Source: Candidatus Omnitrophota bacterium | Lineage (GTDB): Bacteria > Omnitrophota > Gorgyraeia > Zapsychrales > Fredricksoniimonadaceae | Reading direction: 5' to 3' | DNA: 64,000 nt | NCBI GenBank assembly: GCA_015233675.1 | Contig: JADFXH010000001.1 | Span: 140,563-204,562 of the forward strand | Part shown: in pieces, positions 8,403 through 16,201 of the stretch | Position numbering within the stretch: the stretch's first letter is position 1 | Layout of the letters: each line of letters starts with the position of its first letter | The notes under the pieces: generated by a model | What the model was told of the DNA's origin: nothing | Seen by the model: only the letters and a program-made list of their open reading frames with translations | Databases searched by the model: none | Translations under genes and position numbers: made by a program

Positions 8403-8930
8403 CTAAAACAATTCCTTACTCTGCTTGCCCGGCGGGAGTACTAACGGGTCTTTGCGGTTGTAGGCGTGCGGGTTAAAAACCCAGTCAAAATCATTCTCAC
8501 GTTTGGGGTACCACTCACCAAAAAATGGAATTTTTCCCGTTTTTTTATTAATAACAACTAAATATTCCGTCTCTATTAAGTCACTGTAGCTTGCCTTTAA
8601 AGCATCGCCGGACAAAGGCTCCAGAAGATTATGCCCAAAGACCACAAACCAGTAATCCGGATATTTATAAACCAATGGGCCGGTTTTAATGTCCGGAAAC
8701 GATATCCGATAGCTGTCTTTTTCCTCGGTATTAATCAATTTTTTCTGAGCGATGACCTTAGCGGACCGGACATCAACGCCGTTTTGCAGATGCACAAAAT
8801 TATCATAATTCTTGTAAATCGCCCTGTTTGAAGTACAACCTAGCAAGAAACACAAGGCTAATATGCCCCCCGCCCTTGCCCGCCCCACGGCGGGGAAGGG
8901 AATCCGGTTTACGTTAAAATATTTTCTCAT
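8403..8930 (-). CDS. Lipoprotein of unknown function
   Basis: It has a signal peptide with lipobox LLGC (ILALCFLLGCTS). It overlaps the recO stop by 4 nt, suggesting translational coupling. Confidence 0.65.
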   Translation of the reverse strand: MRKYFNVNRIPFPAVGRARAGGILALCFLLGCTSNRAIYKNYDNFVHLQNGVDVRSAKVIAQKKLINTEEKDSYRISFPDIKTGPLVYKYPDYWFVVFGHNLLEPLSGDALKASYSDLIETEYLVVINKKTGKIPFFGEWYPKRENDFDWVFNPHAYNRKDPLVLPPGKQSKELF

Positions 8931-9661
8931 GATAAAAACCTCGTTGAACGTAAATGGCGTTCCAAATGAAATACCAAAAAATGGTTCAAGACGTATTTAA
9001 GTTCCTTTTTAATAAACGGGGCCATGCCTAAACGAAGAGAGGCTTCCCAATTATTTTTTTGAATATGCATAATAGACGCTACCGCCCCCAATGAAATGGG
9101 CGTTGCTTCACCGGCTGAATCCTTGCAAAGCCCGCATAAAAGCCCCCCTAAACGCAGGCTGAAGCGCGGGGAATCAGCAACATCATTACTGCAGCGCACA
9201 CAGGTCTCCAAATGGGGCTTAAACCCGGACAAGGATAAAATCTTAATTTGAAATGTTTGGACTAACTTGCCTATATCCGAAGTTGTCTGCAAACACTTGA
9301 GAAATAACTGCATCAAATTATAAATCTCCAAATTTTGTTCTTCCGCCGGCATTAATGTATCAATAAGCTCAGCGGCATAACTGGCAGCTGTCATGCGTTC
9401 CAGGTCCTGACGCAGGCCCGAAAAAAAATCTTTCATATCACATTGGCTGACTAAATGGATATCGCTATTAAGGTATTGGTAATAGACGATATCATTGAGG
9501 GAGAATTTTTCGACACTGGAACCGAATTTCCCGGGATCTTTGCGTATGCCTTTTAATACACCTTTGACCTTGCCGTAATCCCTTGTCAAAAAGGTGGCCA
9601 TACGGCTTGTCTCACGCAAATCAGAACTCTTAAGGACTATGCCTTCAGTTTTTACAATCAT
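8927..9661 (-). CDS. recO: DNA repair protein RecO
   Basis: Starts MIVKTEGIVLKSSDLRETSRMATFLTRDYGKVKGVLKG (OB-fold N-terminus) and has a C-terminal CxxC...CxxC zinc motif (CVRC...CGLC). The product is 244 aa. Confidence 0.85.
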   Translation of the reverse strand: MIVKTEGIVLKSSDLRETSRMATFLTRDYGKVKGVLKGIRKDPGKFGSSVEKFSLNDIVYYQYLNSDIHLVSQCDMKDFFSGLRQDLERMTAASYAAELIDTLMPAEEQNLEIYNLMQLFLKCLQTTSDIGKLVQTFQIKILSLSGFKPHLETCVRCSNDVADSPRFSLRLGGLLCGLCKDSAGEATPISLGAVASIMHIQKNNWEASLRLGMAPFIKKELKYVLNHFLVFHLERHLRSTRFLS

Positions 9662-9669
9662 ACCCTTTG

Positions 9670-9697
9670 ATTATGCCAAAACTACAATATAATTCAA
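9670..9697 (-). promoter_or_regulatory. Putative sigma70-type promoter for recO (TTGAAT-N16-CATAAT), about 8 nt upstream of the ATG
   Basis: On the minus strand the -35 TTGAAT is at 9697-9692 and the -10 CATAAT is at 9675-9670. This is part of a ~60-80-bp duplicate of the pilin/exeA intergenic cassette at 15339-15400. Confidence 0.4.
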
Positions 9698-10081
9698 GGT
9701 AATGTGCAACGATTTTTATTAATTTTAAGCTCCCTGATAAATCCGGGATTAACAGGATATTTTTCGTTAACAACCGCTGCCGTTAGTTACACAAATACCA
9801 CCACCAGGGATCGTAACAACTCCGGTAGAACTTATAGTAAACGAAGGCACTGTTAAAGATACAGCATTCGCACCAACAGATGCAAAAGCTGTCCATCGTT
9901 GACGCATATATATGATTTTTATTAACAATCCTATTTATGTGTCCAATAAATAAGAAAAAACGAAAAAAAACATTATTTTTTATAAACATTATCATTTTAC
10001 GGGATATATGCTTATAAACGAGAGTAAATTGAAATATTTAGAGGAGGGGAAAGGGGGACGGAATCAAGCCGGCACGGGGAT

Positions 10082-11287
10082 TTAATTCTGTAATTCTTGC
10101 CGTGAGCCATATATGACGGACGGCCCGATCCCTTCGATCATCGGCAACCCGTTTGTGCCTAAAGTATAAAGTTCTGCGATTTCAGCGGAGGACAAAGCGC
10201 GGTTGTAAACACGCAGGTCGTCCATATAACCATAAAACCAATCAGTACCCAGACCTATGTATTGCGGTGTTGCGGTATTAGTAATAGATCCCGTTATCGC
10301 AGAAGAACTTTGTGAAGAACCGACTTGTCCCCCGTTTAAATAAAGATTAATCCCGGTTGCACTGCCACGATGCACGGTAACAGCAACATGTTGCCAGGCT
10401 AGCGCGGTTACGCCTACCTTAAGAACCATCTCTGTAGCAATAGTCCCATCTCCCATCTTAAAATGCAGGGCTCCGGGTTGGGGACTACTGTAGAGCCCTT
10501 CATTAACATCTAAAGCATAGCCTTGATAATTGCCAGTGAAACCCATTTTATTGACTATGCCGATAGGGTCCGTACTCCCCAGATAAATCCAACAAGAAAT
10601 ACTAAAATCTCCCGTACCAAAATCAAGACTTGTAGAATCTGATGCAGTAACAAATTGCCCCACCCCATTAAAACTCAACGCCCCGGCGCCTAGATGCCCT
10701 GTGTACCACGCAGGGTTGTTATGACACGCCCCGTTGTTGCCATTACCGCTGGAATCTAAAATTGGCGTACCTGAACTTGAACAAGTACCGGAAGTCCCTT
10801 CATCAAATTTCCACCAGCCCATTAAACCTGATGGTTGGGTGACACGAACCTGAATGGTCCTGGTTAATCCATTATAAGTGCCCGCGGATGTTATCTGGAT
10901 CTTATCACCCCAATTTACAACCCATATCGTATAACTGGAAACTCCCGCGTCTAACGATTCTTGACACGGCGGAGTCGGTGTGCCTGTGCCTACACATGCA
11001 CCCGGCGCAGTGCCTGCCGCGGCATAATTGCCCGAGCCAGCGGGATATGGCGTTGTCCGCCATGTGCCGTTCGTCGACCCGTCAGGAGCCGCATGCGGGG
11101 GTGTTAAATAATAAATAGCTTTGTTTATCCCCGCTTCCGCAAGATATAAAGCCTGTGTGTTGGCAACCTGGGCGCTGGCGTTGGTGCTGTTTAACATGAC
11201 CGTATTAAGGTACACCACGGCCAGGACCGTCAAACAAACCATCATGATCATGGTCATTAATAAAACACTGCCTTTGTGAGAAAACAT
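10082..11287 (-). CDS. PilX-like minor pilin with C-terminal LamG (concanavalin A-like lectin) domain
   Basis: The N-terminus KGSVLLMTMIMMVCLTVLAVVYL followed by ALYLAEAGINKAIYYL resembles the PilX N-terminal domain. The C-terminal half has WWKFDE...LDSSGNGNNG...LSFNG...DDLRVYNRALSSAEI, typical of Laminin_G_3-type LamG domains. Confidence 0.7.
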   Translation of the reverse strand: MFSHKGSVLLMTMIMMVCLTVLAVVYLNTVMLNSTNASAQVANTQALYLAEAGINKAIYYLTPPHAAPDGSTNGTWRTTPYPAGSGNYAAAGTAPGACVGTGTPTPPCQESLDAGVSSYTIWVVNWGDKIQITSAGTYNGLTRTIQVRVTQPSGLMGWWKFDEGTSGTCSSSGTPILDSSGNGNNGACHNNPAWYTGHLGAGALSFNGVGQFVTASDSTSLDFGTGDFSISCWIYLGSTDPIGIVNKMGFTGNYQGYALDVNEGLYSSPQPGALHFKMGDGTIATEMVLKVGVTALAWQHVAVTVHRGSATGINLYLNGGQVGSSQSSSAITGSITNTATPQYIGLGTDWFYGYMDDLRVYNRALSSAEIAELYTLGTNGLPMIEGIGPSVIYGSRQELQN

Positions 11288-11288
11288 A

Positions 11289-12410
11289 CTAATTCCCTAA
11301 CCCCGTGTTATAAAGTTGAGAAATTTCGCTGGCGGATAAAGCGCGATTATAAATACGCACATCAGCCATTGACCCATAATATGTTTGAGCATAATTTTTT
11401 TCTCTTCCAATGTAGGCCGCCGGGCAAGAAAAGGTCTGATTGATTGTCCCTTGTTGCATTCCATTCGCAAAAAGCGTTGAAGTGCCACTTATCTGGACAA
11501 ACACCAGATGAGTCCAGACATTCGGAGTCAACGCATATGAAGGTGAATAAATGTAATCGTTGACACCATAGTGAGTAAACCCCACGGGCTGATTGCTATA
11601 TTGTTCTGCACGGACGCTATAGACCCCATCATCTACAACTGAAGAATACTCTATTGTTGGTAACGAAACAGAAACTGGTTTAACCCAAGCCGCTACTGTG
11701 CATGGGGCGGGTTGAGTCGTGAAAGCAGTGTTCACGAATTGATTCGTTCCATTAAAACTCAACCCACCGACTACCGTGCTTATCTGGCCTGCTGCCCATG
11801 TTGGGCCGCTGACACACGTTCCCGTATTACCATTACCGCTGGAATCAACCACTGTTGAACACGAACCGGTGACAGTAGGATACACATCATCAAATCTCCA
11901 CCAACCCACCAGCCCTATCGGCATGTTTCTTGGGCTGACATTGCTTTGCAAGCGGACTCTTTCAGCATTTTGCACGGCCGTCATGTCAATGGCCACTAAA
12001 CTGTTGCTGCAAGTAAAAATTTTCGGGATGGTCCCGCCGTTGGGGGTCTGTATGCCTGTTGCCTTGACCACCGACAGCCCGGACTGGTCATCCTTTCTAA
12101 CTAAATTGGAACCACTTAAAGCGTAGGTATAATTGTTGACTAAATCCGGACTGAAAGTCACGCAAGGCGACGAAGTCGATGAACAATTAGAAGTCGTGGA
12201 GCATTCCGTAATGCTTTGGGCGTTATACAGTTCCCGGGTCATTAAATCCATGGCTTGTAAAAGTTTTGTCCTGACGGTCGTCCGGTCCTGACCGGCATTA
12301 AAAGCGCGGAAGCATGCCAGATAAGCATATACTATACCAGTCACCAAAAACAGCATCATGGCCATTGAAATTATCAATTCAAGTATAGTAAATGCGCTTT
12401 TGTTTTTCAT
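11289..12410 (-). CDS. Prepilin-type minor pilin (PilW-like) with C-terminal LamG domain
   Basis: It has a class III signal (MKNKSA|FTILELIISMAMMLFLV). The C-terminal WWRFDD...VDSSGNGNTG...LSFNG...ADVRIYNRALSASEI region is paralogous to the LamG part of the downstream gene. Confidence 0.7.
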   Translation of the reverse strand: MKNKSAFTILELIISMAMMLFLVTGIVYAYLACFRAFNAGQDRTTVRTKLLQAMDLMTRELYNAQSITECSTTSNCSSTSSPCVTFSPDLVNNYTYALSGSNLVRKDDQSGLSVVKATGIQTPNGGTIPKIFTCSNSLVAIDMTAVQNAERVRLQSNVSPRNMPIGLVGWWRFDDVYPTVTGSCSTVVDSSGNGNTGTCVSGPTWAAGQISTVVGGLSFNGTNQFVNTAFTTQPAPCTVAAWVKPVSVSLPTIEYSSVVDDGVYSVRAEQYSNQPVGFTHYGVNDYIYSPSYALTPNVWTHLVFVQISGTSTLFANGMQQGTINQTFSCPAAYIGREKNYAQTYYGSMADVRIYNRALSASEISQLYNTGLGN

Positions 12411-12414
12411 GGCA

Positions 12415-12849
12415 TTAAGAAGGTTGCACTAATAATGTCGTTAATGAAACTGAATTTTGCACCAAGCCAAGAGCCCAAGAAACATAAACTGTGGCTACTG
12501 TTACTGGATTAGTATTTGTACCTGCCCCGGTATAAACAGTCGTTACATAAGGCGACCAAGTTGTGACCGTGTAAAGGATAACTTGCCTGCTATAGTTTGA
12601 AAAAGCTCCCGTTAGAGGGGCAAGCCCTGTAGGGAAAGTCGTAGTGTTAATATTCGCATAAGCAGTATTTTTAACGGCCTCCATCTGTTCTTGGGCTAAA
12701 TTCAGGGCAACGGATTGTCCTTCGACGGATTTGTCCGCATATAAGCCGCTAGACACGGCATTGACAACGCCCACCACTCCCAAAACAACCAAGACGGTTG
12801 ACAATAATATTTCTATTAACGTAAAACCTTTTTTATCAAAACAGTTCAA
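12415..12849 (-). CDS. Prepilin-type minor pilin (PilV-like)
   Basis: Carries MNCFDKKG|FTLIEILLSTVLVVLGVVGVV, an N-terminal cleavage/methylation motif. The product is 144 aa. It has an ATGA overlap with the upstream gene. Confidence 0.7.
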   Translation of the reverse strand: MNCFDKKGFTLIEILLSTVLVVLGVVGVVNAVSSGLYADKSVEGQSVALNLAQEQMEAVKNTAYANINTTTFPTGLAPLTGAFSNYSRQVILYTVTTWSPYVTTVYTGAGTNTNPVTVATVYVSWALGLVQNSVSLTTLLVQPS

Positions 12850-13223
12850 GAAGACGGCCTTTCTTTTTCTTTGGAAACGACCCGGGAAGAAGGCGGAGAC
12901 ACTTCATCGCCGGCAACCGGAAGCCCCAGCTGGGCGCGTTTAGCATCCATAGCTTTTTTATGTTCTTCAAACATGGCCCTTATTTTTAGCCTCAAATCCC
13001 TGACCTTTTGCATTTCCTCTTTCATTTGCTCACGCAATGATTCATCTTCTTCACGGAAATGTTCTATCATTGCCCTTAATTCCCCAAGTTTCTGTTTTCT
13101 GGCTTCCATGCCCGTCGAATTCTGCACTGGTTGCCCCGTGGCCGGCGTCCCTTGAGCATGAGCCTTGCCAGAAAAACCGCTGATTAAACATGCCCCTAAA
13201 ACCATTACCCATAATTTTCTCAT
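12846..13223 (-). CDS. Secreted helical/coiled-coil protein of unknown function
   Basis: The start is moved to ATG 13223 (MRKLWVMVLGACLISGFSGKAHA signal peptide), with GGAGGA 6 nt upstream. The mature part is charged and helical (ELRAMIEHFREEDESLREQMKEEMQKVRDLRLKIRAMFEEHKK). Confidence 0.65.
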   Translation of the reverse strand: MRKLWVMVLGACLISGFSGKAHAQGTPATGQPVQNSTGMEARKQKLGELRAMIEHFREEDESLREQMKEEMQKVRDLRLKIRAMFEEHKKAMDAKRAQLGLPVAGDEVSPPSSRVVSKEKERPSS

Positions 13224-13248
13224 CGTTTCCTCCTCGCCTATCAAATGG

Positions 13249-13448
13249 TTCTGTCAAAATTCCGCTTCTAGATGACGCGGGTCCTGTCCTTAGTCTCAAC
13301 GTTAAGGTGCTCCTCAGGCGGAGGCAACCTTAACAGCAGCACCAACGGTGGTTTTCCCTAAACCGCCCCCTTGAGCAGGTGCCGTGCGCGCCATAACATT
13401 GAGACTAACGACACCCGCTAATCCATGTTTTCATAAAACTTTTGACAC
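13249..13448. mobile_element. Copy 2 of the ~200-bp hairpin-rich insertion element, flanked by 11-bp direct repeat CCTATCAAATG
   Basis: About 90 percent identical to 4480-4680 and in the same orientation. Direct repeats lie at 13237-13247 and 13451-13461; the right one overlaps the pilin stop codon. The internal inverted repeats are at 13286-13307 and 13391-13412 (19 of 22 complementary). Confidence 0.65.
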
Positions 13449-13454
13449 TACCTA

Positions 13455-15341
13455 TCAAATGCATACATTGCTTGAACAATTGTTGCTCAGACAATCTGTG
13501 GAAGCATTACATCCATACCCTGATAAGCCAGCAGAGCATCCCCAAGAAGAACAAATGGTGTTTGGGCTTGCACAGTCTGCGCCAGTATCACAATTATCTC
13601 CCATACCGCCAGTATTACATGTCCCCGTATAAGCATTACAAATGGGATACCCAATTGGACAGTCTGACGGACTACTACAGGAAGCCTGCAGAGGGTTAGC
13701 CGTGCACCCAATTCCCCAAGCACAATTGGGATATGCACTTGAACAGTCTGAGCTAGAACTACACCCCACCCCCTGTCCGCCAGTACTACATTGTCCATTA
13801 CTATTACAAAAATATCCGATTGGACAGTTTGCCGAACTTGTACACATGGCCCCCTGAGCGATTGCAGAGCATGTACCATTACAATATCCGCTTACACAGT
13901 CTGAGGGAGCAGAACACTCTGCCCCTGCCCCGCCGGCACTGCATGTACCCGTCGTACTGGAACAAATATGGGCTCCGGTTGTGCTTGCACAATCTGAGTT
14001 GCTGCTACAGGTCCCCCCATTAACAACACATACAAAAAAACTATTGCTACAAGTATAAGGAGATATACAGTCTGCGTTATTAAAACAGCCAACCCCCGGC
14101 TTGCCACTACTACAACTCGAAAAAGTATTACAAATGTATCCGATGGGACAGTTTGCGCTACTAAAGCACTGACTCCCCGCACCATCAGTAGTGCATACAC
14201 CATTAGAACAATATGGAGCTGCGATTAAACAGTCTGCATTACTATTACATCCAACACCCGGAGCACCAGTACTGCACATAGGCCAATAAAACGCTCTACA
14301 AATTGGAACGCCGCTTGGACAGGTTGCTCCAAAACAATCAGCCCCTTGAGGGTCAGAAGTACATTCATTCCAAACACAATACAATCCGCTTGCACAGTCT
14401 GCGGCAGAAGAACACGGGACTCCCACCCCGCCGGTACTGCATCCAAAAGTTTGAGAAGAACAAATAGGAGCTATGCTCGAACAGTCTGCGTTGCTGTTAC
14501 AGCCGACATCCGGACCGCAATAGCCCGTGCCGCATGTACTTCCGCACGTATCATCCCCGCAAGTTTTAGCACCACAACTATGGCTGCAACAGATGCCCGC
14601 ATAACAGCTCATGCCGTTTGGACAAACCGTACCACAAGCACCGCAGTTTTGAGTGTCGTTACTTAGGTTTGTGCTAGTCCCATTGCACCCTGTTTGGCCA
14701 CTAGCGCAGCAGGTCCCATTGATACAGCTCTGCCCGGCACTACAGACAGCAAGGCTGGTACCGCAAGCGCTGTTATTTGCGCTCACATCAGTGCAGGCCC
14801 CACTCACACAGCGCCGGCCGCCTGAACATCCGCCGCAAGCGTCTGTTCCTGTCCCTCCTGCCGCGCCTCCTCTAGGCGAAGAGGTTGCGCTAACATTACA
14901 GCCGGTACCGTTAGTTACGCAAATGGCATTATTAGCCGCAGTCACGACACCAGAACTACTATCAGTTGACACTGTTCCACTGCCCCCGGGGCCTTTAGAA
15001 TAAATAACGTAATATTGACCGGAAAGCTGGTAGCCATATTCCGTAGTATTGCCCGCGACAAAAGGATCGTATAAAGCATGCCTTAAGACCTGAGGCGTTG
15101 CCGCCGCTAAAACAGAAGAACCCAATGAGGCGCTCGAAGTAGGATAGGCATGCGGATTGGAATTTAAATAATAAGATGTGACTGCGGCCTGCAATGTTTT
15201 AAGCTCAGCTTCGACCAAAGAGGTCCTTGCCATATTCTGGATGCCTTTGAAACTGGGCAGCCTGACGCTGATCATAAGAACCACAACACCAAGAACAACA
15301 AGCAATTCCACTATGGTGAAGGCTTTATTTTGTACAATCAT
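13455..15341 (-). CDS. Type IV pilin-like protein with very large cysteine-rich repeat extension
   Basis: It has a class III signal (MIVQNKA|FTIVELLVVLGVVVLMI) and a pilin-like first ~135 aa. About 480 aa follow, carrying about 75 Cys in tandem modules of the form C-x3-4-[SA]-[DN]-C-x3-7-C-x4-8-C. Confidence 0.8.
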   Translation of the reverse strand: MIVQNKAFTIVELLVVLGVVVLMISVRLPSFKGIQNMARTSLVEAELKTLQAAVTSYYLNSNPHAYPTSSASLGSSVLAAATPQVLRHALYDPFVAGNTTEYGYQLSGQYYVIYSKGPGGSGTVSTDSSSGVVTAANNAICVTNGTGCNVSATSSPRGGAAGGTGTDACGGCSGGRRCVSGACTDVSANNSACGTSLAVCSAGQSCINGTCCASGQTGCNGTSTNLSNDTQNCGACGTVCPNGMSCYAGICCSHSCGAKTCGDDTCGSTCGTGYCGPDVGCNSNADCSSIAPICSSQTFGCSTGGVGVPCSSAADCASGLYCVWNECTSDPQGADCFGATCPSGVPICRAFYWPMCSTGAPGVGCNSNADCLIAAPYCSNGVCTTDGAGSQCFSSANCPIGYICNTFSSCSSGKPGVGCFNNADCISPYTCSNSFFVCVVNGGTCSSNSDCASTTGAHICSSTTGTCSAGGAGAECSAPSDCVSGYCNGTCSAIAQGAMCTSSANCPIGYFCNSNGQCSTGGQGVGCSSSSDCSSAYPNCAWGIGCTANPLQASCSSPSDCPIGYPICNAYTGTCNTGGMGDNCDTGADCASPNTICSSWGCSAGLSGYGCNASTDCLSNNCSSNVCI

Positions 15342-15347
15342 AACTTG

Positions 15348-15375
15348 ATTATGTCAAATTTATGATATAATTCAA
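15348..15375 (-). promoter_or_regulatory. Putative promoter of the Cys-rich pilin gene (TTGAAT-N16-CATAAT), 6 nt upstream of the ATG (near-leaderless)
   Basis: On the minus strand the -35 is at 15375-15370 and the -10 is at 15353-15348. The pilin ATG is at 15341 and has no Shine-Dalgarno sequence. Confidence 0.4.
15363..15371 (+). promoter_or_regulatory. Putative extended -10 promoter (TGaTATAAT) for the exeA-like gene, 8 nt upstream of its ATG
   Basis: TGATATAAT is read directly at 15363-15371. The exeA-like ATG is at 15380. It overlaps the divergent pilin promoter within a 38-nt intergenic region. Confidence 0.4.
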
Positions 15376-15379
15376 GGTA

Positions 15380-16201
15380 ATGTACAAGGATTTTTATAAG
15401 TTCAAGGAACACCCTTTTAACATTACCTCCGACCCTGATTTCTTTTTCTCGTCTACGCGCCACGAAGAGGCCTTCAATCATCTGGCCTACGGGATTGGCT
15501 CGCGAAAAGGCATTATTGTCATCACCGGTGAAATAGGCACGGGCAAAACTACCCTTTGCCGCACCCTGCTTAACCGTTTGGATAAAACAGTTAAAACCGC
15601 GCTGATCCTAAACCCCAATTTTTCGGACCTGCAGCTGCTGCAATTGATCATCAACGATTTGGATATCCGCTATACTAAAAAAACTAAACTTGACCTGGTA
15701 GGAGCCATCTCCCTGTTTTTACTTGAAGAGTCCGCCAAAGGGCACAATGTGGCCGTTATCATCGACGAATGCCAAAACCTCAACATCCGCCAGTTGGAAC
15801 AAATCCGGCTATTATCCAATCTTGAAACTGAAAAGGAAAAGCTGCTGCAAATTATTTTAGTCGGCCAGCCGGAATTGGGCGAAAAACTTAAAAACCCTGC
15901 CCTTCGTCAACTGACCCAGCGGGTAACCGTGCGCTACCATATCCTCCCTTTGCAAAAACATGAGATTGAGAATTATATCTATCACCGCTTGAAAATTGCC
16001 GGAGGTGCGCCTCAACTTCATTTTACACCGCAGGCTATTGACGCTATTTTTAACGTCTCCCAAGGCATCCCCCGCGTCATCAATATCCTCTGCGACCGCG
16101 CCCTCTTGGCCGGATTCTCCAGGGAGACCTTCACCATTGACCATTCCTTAATCCAGGAAAGCGCAAAGGAGACACAGTTTTCTTATGAGTATCATTCATG
16201 A
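15380..16201 (+). CDS. exeA: ExeA/GspA/MshM-family AAA ATPase
   Basis: Carries FFFSSTRHEEAFNHLAYGI..., GIIVITGEIGTGKTTLCR (Walker A) and VIIDECQNL (Walker B). The 273-aa length is typical of ExeA-like secretin-assembly ATPases. Confidence 0.75.
   Translation: MYKDFYKFKEHPFNITSDPDFFFSSTRHEEAFNHLAYGIGSRKGIIVITGEIGTGKTTLCRTLLNRLDKTVKTALILNPNFSDLQLLQLIINDLDIRYTKKTKLDLVGAISLFLLEESAKGHNVAVIIDECQNLNIRQLEQIRLLSNLETEKEKLLQIILVGQPELGEKLKNPALRQLTQRVTVRYHILPLQKHEIENYIYHRLKIAGGAPQLHFTPQAIDAIFNVSQGIPRVINILCDRALLAGFSRETFTIDHSLIQESAKETQFSYEYHS

Noticed and set aside
9783-9995. A 70-aa minus-strand ORF with a striking Cys/Trp-rich tail (CICWCECCIF...CYDPWWWYLCN), considered as a possible RiPP-like precursor.
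   Set aside because: It lies in an AT-rich spacer with poly-A/T runs. It has no ribosome-binding site, no neighbouring maturation enzymes, and an N-terminal half that is Phe/Ile/Asn-rich, typical of translated AT-rich non-coding DNA. I could not support it as a gene.
13384-15003. About ten ORFs (60-130 aa) in the track lie on the plus strand and in alternative minus frames inside the Cys-rich pilin gene.
   Set aside because: They are by-products of the repetitive, GC-rich codon structure of the 628-aa frame. Only that frame has a prepilin signal, a promoter-proximal ATG and a coherent repeat architecture. The others are low-complexity Pro/Leu/Gln/Val strings.
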